Positions 25,693-32,224 of a stretch of DNA of 64,000 bases are shown here, piece by piece. The DNA is from an uncultured bacterium (GTDB taxonomy: Bacteria > Verrucomicrobiota > Kiritimatiellia > RFP12 > UBA1067), in NCBI GenBank assembly GCA_902776615.1, contig CACYQU010000002.1, positions 5,419 through 69,418 of the forward strand, read 5' to 3'. The position numbers were made by a program, and so were the translations under genes. Under the pieces are notes generated by a model. That model made no database searches and was not told the DNA's origin. It worked only from the letters and a program-made list of their open reading frames with translations. Every line of letters begins with the position of its first letter. Position 1 is the stretch's first letter.

Positions 25693-25701
25693 TGGTATAC
25701 T
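25693..25701 (+). promoter_or_regulatory. Extended -10 box TGGTATACT, 7 nt upstream of the fcl ATG (implies a leaderless transcript)
   Basis: tatGGTATACTatatcgcATG read directly. Confidence 0.5.
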
Positions 25702-25708
25702 ATATCGC

Positions 25709-26674
25709 ATGAATATCGACGCAAAGAATCTAGCAGGCAGAAAAGTGTATGTCGCCGGCCATCGCGGAATGGTCGGCTCGGCGGTATGCCGCGCTCTTGC
25801 GGCGGCGGGCTGTTCTGACGTGGTTACGAGAACTCACGCCGAATTGGATCTTCTCGATCCGCGTGCGGTGAGGTCGTTTTACGAGGCCGAGCGTCCCGAC
25901 GTGGCGGTGATCGCGGCGGCGCGTGTCGGAGGCATTGGCGCAAACTCCGCCGCGAACGCTCTCTTTCTTTACGAGAATGAGATGATTGCGCTCAATACGG
26001 TTTGGGCTGCTGCGGAGACGGGAGTCAAGCGGCTGCTCTTCCTTGGCTCTACATGCATCTATCCGAGAATGGCGCCACAGCCCATTCCCGAGAGCGCGCT
26101 GCTTACGAGCGAACTGGAAAAGACCAACGAAGGCTACGCCCTTGCGAAGATATCGGGGCTCAAGCTGTGCGAGTTTCTGCGCAGGGACAGGGGACTTCTC
26201 TACCATTCGCTCATGCCGACCAATCTGTACGGTCCGGGCGACAACTACGATATTGTCCACGGCCATGTTCTGCCGACGATGATACGCAAGTTCGAGACTG
26301 CGCGCGAGAACGGCGACGCAAAGGTTCCGCTTTGGGGCAGCGGCTCGCCGCTAAGAGAGTTCTTGCATGTGGATGACCTTGCATCGGCATGCCTCTTCGC
26401 GCTTGCGCTCGACAATCCGCCGGATCTCATGAACGTCGGTTCCGGCGAGGAGGTATCGATAAAACGCCTCGCCGAGACGATCAAGGCGGCGACCGGATGC
26501 CCCGCAGAGATATCGTGGGATTCCTCCAAGCCCGACGGAACCCCCCGCAAGCTCTGCGACACTTCGCTTATCCGTTCGCTCGGTTGGAAGAGCGAGATAT
26601 CGCTTGAAGAAGGGGTGCGCCGCACCGTTGGGGATTATCGCCGCGAACTTGCCGCCGGAACGATCAGGCTTTGA
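25709..26674 (+). CDS. fcl: GDP-L-fucose synthase (GDP-4-keto-6-deoxy-D-mannose 3,5-epimerase/4-reductase)
   Basis: KVYVAGHRGMVGSAV Rossmann motif, LGSTCIYP, YALAKI (YxxxK), PTNLYGPGDN. Confidence 0.85.
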   Translation: MNIDAKNLAGRKVYVAGHRGMVGSAVCRALAAAGCSDVVTRTHAELDLLDPRAVRSFYEAERPDVAVIAAARVGGIGANSAANALFLYENEMIALNTVWAAAETGVKRLLFLGSTCIYPRMAPQPIPESALLTSELEKTNEGYALAKISGLKLCEFLRRDRGLLYHSLMPTNLYGPGDNYDIVHGHVLPTMIRKFETARENGDAKVPLWGSGSPLREFLHVDDLASACLFALALDNPPDLMNVGSGEEVSIKRLAETIKAATGCPAEISWDSSKPDGTPRKLCDTSLIRSLGWKSEISLEEGVRRTVGDYRRELAAGTIRL

Positions 26675-27893
26675 GGCCGTCCGCCGGATGGCGGCGCTCC
26701 AGGCTCGCTTTCGTTTCTGAAAGCGACATGCCGGTTCTGCCGGCCAATGCGGTCAAATCGTCGGCCTCCCACTTCGATTTGCGAACGCCGTATCCTTGGG
26801 CGATTTTGCGGCGGATGGTTGAGCCATCCTTCAGTGTGATGGTTTCCGTCTTGCGGTCGAGCGTGTATCGGCGACAGGCTTTTTCGCGCATTCCAAGCGT
26901 GGAGGTGTGCGTGAAGATTGCTGAAACGACGGCCGGCCTGTCGTCTGGCGCACATATGACGGTTGCCAGTGTTCCGGGGCGGCCTTTCTTCATGAGCACA
27001 GGCGTGAACGACACATCCTTTGCGCCTGCGGCGAAGATGCGGTTTGATGCGTATGACAGTTCTTCGCCGGTCATATCGTCCACATTGAACTCCAGTTCGC
27101 ATACGGTCCCGTCAGAGGCGGCGCAGTGCATGCGTTCGCCAAGAAGGGCGCGCACCACATTCGCACGCTCGAAGTCTTTCGCGCCGGCTCCATAGCCAAT
27201 CGCTTCCACGCGCATGAGAGGCTGCGGTCCGAATGACGTGGCGAAGCATTTGAGCAATGCCGCGCCTGTCGGCGTGCACAGTTCGCCAACGGGCGCGCCG
27301 TCGGAATATGACGGAATCCCCTCCAGAAGGAACGCCGTCGCAGGGGCGGGGACGGGCAGCGCGCCGTGGGCGCAGACGACAGAGCCGCAGCCGACATGTA
27401 CCGGCGAAACCACAACTTCGTCAGGGGCGATCTTTTGCAGAAGATGGCAGAATGCTGCTATGTCGGCGATGGCGTCCATCGCGCCAACTTCGTGAAAATG
27501 AATCTCGCCTGCCGGTTGCCCGTGAGCCCGCGATTCCGCTGCGGCCACGGCTTCGTACACCCTTGCGACATTGTCCCTTGTTCTCCGGTCGAGCGAAAGC
27601 CCGTCGATGATGTGGAGAACGTCCGCGAGCGACCTGTGCGCGTGATGGTGGTGGTGCCCGTGGTGATGCGTGTGGTGGCCGGCGCCTTCTTCCTCGCCAT
27701 TTACCAATACGGCGATACGGGTTGACGCTATGCCGCATTTCGAGACGGTTTCGCGCTTGTAGACCACGCGGGGTACGCCGATTCCGTTCAGTTCGGCGAG
27801 TGCCTCGTCAGGGGATGGCGCGAGTCCAAGCAATGCGGATGACAGCATGTCGCCAGCGGCCCCCATCTGGCAGTCGAGGTAGAGCGTCTTCAT
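26664..27893 (-). CDS. larC: LarC, nickel-pincer cofactor nickel insertion protein (DUF111)
   Basis: MKTLYLDCQMGAAGDMLSSALLGL N-terminus and the His-rich HHTHHHGHHHHHAH tract typical of LarC. The ATG overlaps the larB stop. Confidence 0.85.
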   Translation of the reverse strand: MKTLYLDCQMGAAGDMLSSALLGLAPSPDEALAELNGIGVPRVVYKRETVSKCGIASTRIAVLVNGEEEGAGHHTHHHGHHHHHAHRSLADVLHIIDGLSLDRRTRDNVARVYEAVAAAESRAHGQPAGEIHFHEVGAMDAIADIAAFCHLLQKIAPDEVVVSPVHVGCGSVVCAHGALPVPAPATAFLLEGIPSYSDGAPVGELCTPTGAALLKCFATSFGPQPLMRVEAIGYGAGAKDFERANVVRALLGERMHCAASDGTVCELEFNVDDMTGEELSYASNRIFAAGAKDVSFTPVLMKKGRPGTLATVICAPDDRPAVVSAIFTHTSTLGMREKACRRYTLDRKTETITLKDGSTIRRKIAQGYGVRKSKWEADDLTALAGRTGMSLSETKASLERRHPADGLKA

Positions 27894-28576
27894 GCATTTC
27901 CTTTCATGTGGTTTATGCGGCTTGCGAGAAAGCCCGCGCCAAAACCATTGTCGATATTGACCACGCTCACGCCTGCGGCGCACGAATTGAGCATGGCCAA
28001 GAGCGCGGTTATGCCGCCGAAAGATGTTCCGTAGCCCACGCTGGTGGGCACTGCAATTACAGGCGCGTCCACGAGACCGCCTATGACGCTTGGCAGGGCG
28101 CCCTCCATTCCGGCGACAGCCACTACAACGCGGGCAGACTTGAGGTCGTCGGCGCAGGCAAGAAGCCTGTGCAGCCCCGCAACGCCAACATCATACAGCC
28201 TGCACACCTTGTTGCCCAGCGCCTCTGCGACGAGCGCCGCTTCTTCCGCCACATATATGTCGCTCGTGCCCGCGCAGGCGACCGCTATTGTGCCGATTCC
28301 GTCGCACGGCCTGTTTGCTCCCATGCGTCCCATCCGGGCTTCGGCGAAGTATGTAAAATCGTCGCCCAGCGCCGCCGCCACGGCCTTCGCCTTTTCTTCG
28401 TCAATCCGCGTAACAAGGGCCGGCGTCTGGCCGTGTCGCGCCAGCGACGACAGTATCTCCGCTATCTGGCCGGATGTCTTGCCTTCGCCATAGACGACCT
28501 CTCCGACGCCTTGGCGCGCCTTGCGCTGCAAATCCAGTCGCGCAAAGCCGATGTTGTCCACATCACAGTGTTTCAT
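27890..28576 (-). CDS. larB: LarB, pyridinium-3,5-biscarboxylic acid mononucleotide synthase (AIR-carboxylase-like)
   Basis: ARLDLQRKARQGVGEVVYGEGKT plus the PurE-like VACAGTSD...VAGMEGALPSV core. Confidence 0.85.
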   Translation of the reverse strand: MKHCDVDNIGFARLDLQRKARQGVGEVVYGEGKTSGQIAEILSSLARHGQTPALVTRIDEEKAKAVAAALGDDFTYFAEARMGRMGANRPCDGIGTIAVACAGTSDIYVAEEAALVAEALGNKVCRLYDVGVAGLHRLLACADDLKSARVVVAVAGMEGALPSVIGGLVDAPVIAVPTSVGYGTSFGGITALLAMLNSCAAGVSVVNIDNGFGAGFLASRINHMKGNA

Positions 28577-29369
28577 TCAAGCTCCCTGTTCTGTATCCTG
28601 AAAGATCAAGTGCGGCGTAAGCGAAGCCAAGCCGTTTCATTTCTGCGGCGATTTTCACTCGCTGCGACATGGCGGCATCCATCGCATGCGGCGAAACCTC
28701 TATCCGCGCAAGCGTGCCATGAGACCGCACGCGCAGTTGCGAATGTGGCGGAATCAGTGCGCGAATGAACCGCTCTGCGTTTTCGACCCGTTCGAGCGCG
28801 TCCGCGGAAATGCGCTCTCCGTACGGAAATCGCGAAGCGAGGCACGCCGACGCCGGTTTTGCCGCCGCAGTAACGCCCATTGCGCAAAGCAGTTCGCGCA
28901 CATCTCTCTTTGTGAAGCCTGCGTTGCGGAGCGGACTTTCCACGCCAAGTTCGGCGATGGCGCGCTTTCCCGGACGATAGTCTGCGTCGTCGTCCGTTAT
29001 TGAGCCCTCGGCGACGTGCAAGAATCCGCGCTCCGCCGCGACGCGGCATATTTCGGCGAATATCGCCTTTTTGCAGTGGTAGCAGCGGTCCGGATGGTTC
29101 TCCGCGAATTGCGGAACGGAAAGAAGGTCGAGCGCCACCACTTCATGGCGCACGCCTCGTGCGAGGCAGAATTGGCGCGCGTCATCCAATTCGCCGGACG
29201 GGAACGCCTTCGATGATGCTGTCACCGACAGCACCCTGTCGCCAAGCGCATCCTGCGCCGCGCAGAGCAGCAGGGTCGAATCGGCGCCGCCAGAGAAGGC
29301 GACTGCCGCCGAACCCATTTGCGCAAGATTGCGTTTAAGGGTCTCGAACCTGTCATGCAGACCTGGCAT
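28563..29369 (-). CDS. larE: LarE, ATP-dependent sacrificial sulfur transferase (PP-loop ATPase)
   Basis: AVAFSGGADSTLLL PP-loop, the CLASRFPYGE cysteine motif and the GYRTGSLNE C-terminus. Start taken at MPGLHD (29369). Confidence 0.8.
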   Translation of the reverse strand: MPGLHDRFETLKRNLAQMGSAAVAFSGGADSTLLLCAAQDALGDRVLSVTASSKAFPSGELDDARQFCLARGVRHEVVALDLLSVPQFAENHPDRCYHCKKAIFAEICRVAAERGFLHVAEGSITDDDADYRPGKRAIAELGVESPLRNAGFTKRDVRELLCAMGVTAAAKPASACLASRFPYGERISADALERVENAERFIRALIPPHSQLRVRSHGTLARIEVSPHAMDAAMSQRVKIAAEMKRLGFAYAALDLSGYRTGSLNETL

Positions 29370-29628
29370 TTCTCCGTTGCAGCGCGGAAAGAATCGCGAA
29401 TACGGAAAGACCGGCCGCAAGTATTATCGCGCCGAGCATGAAATCGTGCCGCGAGAGATCCAGAAGGGGCTCGCCCTCGATGGCCCCGGCGACACAGTCC
29501 ACCGACCACATCAGCGCCGCACCCCAGAACATGAGCATTGTCGTGAATACGGCGTTGTTGCGTCTGCCTGCGGCGAAGTGCCAGACGGTGAACGCGACTG
29601 CGGCCGCAATCGTCATAAGTTCACACAT
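29353..29628 (-). CDS. Small 3-TM membrane protein (paralog of the upstream gene)
   Basis: MCELMTIAAAVAFTVWHF...VDCVAGAIEGEP...; 91 aa. Overlaps the neighbours on both sides, so it appears translationally coupled. Confidence 0.5.
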   Translation of the reverse strand: MCELMTIAAAVAFTVWHFAAGRRNNAVFTTMLMFWGAALMWSVDCVAGAIEGEPLLDLSRHDFMLGAIILAAGLSVFAILSALQRRNARSA

Positions 29629-29965
29629 ATTGCCTCTTGCGTTCGGCGAATGTGGAAAAGACCACCATTGCGGCCCACACGGCAATGACGAGAACCGTCA
29701 TGGCGACCCCGCGCGTTGCCATCTCGTGAAGCATTTCGCTGACGGCTTCAGGACCTTCCGCGATCGCAGTGAGGAACGGCGGCGTGAGAGTCACTTCGCC
29801 ATGATACACATGCTCTATCGCGAGAAGCAGGCTTCCGCCGAACATCATCTTCCCCAGCCAGCCGAGCTTGGTGGCGAACGTGGTTCGCCTGGCGTTGGCC
29901 GGAAGTGTGTTTTTTATGATAGATGCCGCCGCTGCTGTCGCAAGCGGAACCGTGAAACATGCCAT
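29621..29965 (-). CDS. Small 3-TM membrane protein with an EHVYHGE loop
   Basis: 114 aa. Strong SD (GAAGGAGC) 7 nt upstream of the ATG. MACFTVPLATAAAAS..., LLLAIEHVYHGEV. Confidence 0.6.
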   Translation of the reverse strand: MACFTVPLATAAAASIIKNTLPANARRTTFATKLGWLGKMMFGGSLLLAIEHVYHGEVTLTPPFLTAIAEGPEAVSEMLHEMATRGVAMTVLVIAVWAAMVVFSTFAERKRQYV

Positions 29966-30022
29966 AGTCTGCTCCTTCTGATAATAGTGGACACTCCAGT
30001 GCGGTCGTTTTGACGCAAGAAG

Positions 30023-30031
30023 ATTATATCA
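30023..30031 (-). promoter_or_regulatory. Extended -10 box TGATATAAT (minus strand) for the membrane-protein/larEBC operon
   Basis: The reverse complement of ATTATATCA, about 57 nt upstream of ATG 29965. Confidence 0.5.
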
Positions 30032-30078
30032 AATATCGGCTTCCCCTGCTTGCGCACCCAACATCAAGCGTGACTGGA

Positions 30079-30099
30079 ATCAATCTGCAACAGATTGAT
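30079..30099. promoter_or_regulatory. Perfect inverted repeat ATCAATCTG-caa-CAGATTGAT; candidate operator/activator site upstream of the lar promoter
   Basis: Read directly. It lies about 50-70 nt upstream of the putative -10 at 30023-30028. Confidence 0.4.
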
Positions 30100-30245
30100 G
30101 GTTGAGGCAATTGCAAAACTACGCGAATTCGGCAGGATCCCGGCTCATCTGTGCGCGTGCTGGGCGAGCTTGATATAATCAACGCCTACGAGCGAATACG
30201 CGCCTACTATCTCAACATGGCCGAGACGCTCGCCGGCGGCAAGCG

Positions 30246-31337
30246 CTAGGCCTCCTTCGCCGCAGTCGAGCGCCGTACGATCAGCGGCGCGTCAAGGAGG
30301 ATTTCCCTCGGTTCGCTCTCGGGGTTGCGGATTCGCGCGAGGAGCGTCTTGAAGGCGGTTGCCGCAAGTTTTCTCACGGGCTGCGAAATCGTCGTGAGAG
30401 GAGGGTTCGCCAGTCGTGCAGCCGCGATGTCATCGAATCCTACAACGGCGATGTCGTCGGGAACGCGCTTTCCGAGACGTGCGAGTGTTTCGGCCAGCCG
30501 GACAGCCTGCTCGTCATTGCCGCAAACGACGGCCTCAGGGCGCGAGCGGCTTCTTAGAAGTCTGCCGAGTTCGCGCGCGTCATCCGGAGAGAAGTTGAGC
30601 TTGCGCACTCCTTCCTCGCATTCGAGAAGAGCCAGCTCGCCCGCCAGCCCGAAGAGGCGGTTGCTCCAGTTGGCGTTCGCGAACGGCTTTCCTCTCTCCA
30701 TAAGGAAGGCGATGCGTCTGTAGCCGCAGTCGTGCAGATGATCCGCTATGAGCCTTCCCGCATTCACGTTGTTTACGGCGACAAGATCGCAGCTGCTGCG
30801 GTTCGGCGGCATGATGATGTCGGAATCGATCAGCACCACTGGAATCTCCGCATGCTTGAAGATGCTGGCGATCTCCTTGTTCGTCGCGCTCATCTTCTCG
30901 CTTACGAATGGCCTGAAGATCGCCCCTTCCGCGCGGCCGACCGCAAGCTCGCGAACTTTGCGCCTTATGTCGCGCACAAGCGATTCGTGCTTTTGCTCGT
31001 TCGAGAAGACGAGCGCGACGCGGTAGCCGAGGCGCGCGGCGAGCCGCTCTGTCTCCTTCTTTATCTCCGAGAAGAACTCGTACGATTCGTAGTCGGGGAT
31101 GACGAGACCTATGAGCCCGCTTCGCCTGCAGCCCCGTTTCGTGAGGAAGGAGCCGCTGCCGTTGCGCTTCTCTATGAGGCCCTGTCGGCGAAGTTCGTCC
31201 AGCGCACCGCGCAGCGTCATGCGCGAGACTCCGAACGCATCCGAAAGCGCCGCCTCGCTCGGGAGCTTTCCGGTTTCGGAGTATGCGCCGGCCATTATGT
31301 CCTTGACCAGCCGTCTTACGATTTCCCTTGCTTTCAT
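30246..31337 (-). CDS. Transcriptional regulator: GntR-type winged HTH fused to a LacI/PBP1-type sugar-binding domain
   Basis: KLPSEAALSDAFGVSRMTLRGALDELRRQGLIEKRNGSGSF (GntR HTH), followed by GLVIPD...VVGFDD periplasmic-binding-protein-like motifs. Start at MKAREIV. Confidence 0.75.
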   Translation of the reverse strand: MKAREIVRRLVKDIMAGAYSETGKLPSEAALSDAFGVSRMTLRGALDELRRQGLIEKRNGSGSFLTKRGCRRSGLIGLVIPDYESYEFFSEIKKETERLAARLGYRVALVFSNEQKHESLVRDIRRKVRELAVGRAEGAIFRPFVSEKMSATNKEIASIFKHAEIPVVLIDSDIIMPPNRSSCDLVAVNNVNAGRLIADHLHDCGYRRIAFLMERGKPFANANWSNRLFGLAGELALLECEEGVRKLNFSPDDARELGRLLRSRSRPEAVVCGNDEQAVRLAETLARLGKRVPDDIAVVGFDDIAAARLANPPLTTISQPVRKLAATAFKTLLARIRNPESEPREILLDAPLIVRRSTAAKEA

Positions 31338-31404
31338 GCGAATGAGTATACCACATCCCACCGCATCCTGTCTATACAGGTATTGCGGGAGATTGCCGGA
31401 ATGA

Positions 31405-31412
31405 TGTATAAT
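31405..31412 (+). promoter_or_regulatory. -10 box TG-TATAAT upstream of the RpiB-like gene, divergent from the regulator
   Basis: gaTGTATAATgc read directly, followed by SD AAGGAG and ATG 31447. Confidence 0.45.
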
Positions 31413-31446
31413 GCAGCTGTCAATCAAGCAAAGGAGCACAACAGCG

Positions 31447-32052
31447 ATGAAGACGGTAAAGGACAAGCAGATTCTGATGGCGGCCGACTTCGCGGGCTAT
31501 CCGCTGAAGGAGGCCATAAAGGAGTACCTTGAAAAGAAGGGCTGGACGGTCACGGACATAGGCGTCAAGGCCGATTCGGATCCCGGCGACACCGAGCTCA
31601 TGTTCCACCGCATCGGGCTGCGCGTCGGCGCGATGATAACCGAGAAGGAGTTCGAGCGAGCGCTCATTTTCTGCGGGACGGGTATGGGTATTCATATCGC
31701 CGCGTCGAAGTGTCCCGGGGTGCATGCCGGCGTTGTGGAATCGGTTCCTGCCGCATTCCGCGCGATAACGGGCAATGGTGTCAATGTTCTTGCGATGGGC
31801 GCGTTCTATGTCACGCCCGAGCTCGGCAAGCAGTGTGCGGACGCGTTTCTCTACAACGACTTCGGAAGCGGTTGGGAGTGGTGGCCCGACTTCGACAGGT
31901 TCCACCAGATCGCCATAGACGAGCTCAATGCATTCAACTACGAGGAATACAAGGCGAACGGCTTCAAGGTGAAGCACCTCGGCGACTGCCACTGTGAACT
32001 CTACGACCGGCCGGAAGGCTTCTCGTCCGTCCCGCTGATGTGCAAGCGCTGA
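31447..32052 (+). CDS. RpiB/LacA/LacB-family sugar-phosphate isomerase with a ~50-aa C-terminal extension
   Basis: ILMAADFAGYPLKEAIKEYLEKKGWTVTDIG and LIFCGTGMGIHIAASK match the RpiB/LacAB fold. The tail is WEWWPDFDRFHQ...GDCHCELY. Confidence 0.7.
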   Translation: MKTVKDKQILMAADFAGYPLKEAIKEYLEKKGWTVTDIGVKADSDPGDTELMFHRIGLRVGAMITEKEFERALIFCGTGMGIHIAASKCPGVHAGVVESVPAAFRAITGNGVNVLAMGAFYVTPELGKQCADAFLYNDFGSGWEWWPDFDRFHQIAIDELNAFNYEEYKANGFKVKHLGDCHCELYDRPEGFSSVPLMCKR

Positions 32053-32183
32053 ACGCATGAAAAGCAACGCACCATGCAGCATAGCCACAGACGCACGCGG
32101 AATGCGCGTGGTGCGTCCGTGTGCGGCTTCGCAAAAGTGCCTGTCTATTCTGCGGAATCGTACCGTTGTGCGGAAGTGAAATA

Positions 32184-32192
32184 TGCTATAAT
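32184..32192 (+). promoter_or_regulatory. Extended -10 box TGCTATAAT upstream of the secreted repeat protein
   Basis: Read directly, about 32 nt before ATG 32225. Confidence 0.45.
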
Positions 32193-32224
32193 ACACTTAC
32201 CCTTTACAGAAAGGAAACACGAAT

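Noticed and set aside
26664-26674. Convergent 3' overlaps (fcl/larC by 11 nt; uvrB/sugar transferase by 17 nt at 55832-55848) as regulatory antisense features
   Set aside because: Short convergent overlaps are common in compact high-GC genomes. Nothing in the sequence, such as a hairpin or conserved motif, singles them out.
32090-32118. GC-rich imperfect hairpin after the RpiB-like gene as a terminator
   Set aside because: The stems are short and ambiguous (GACGCAC...GTGCGTC with an internal CACGCG/CGCGTG), and no T-tract follows. The evidence is too weak to call.
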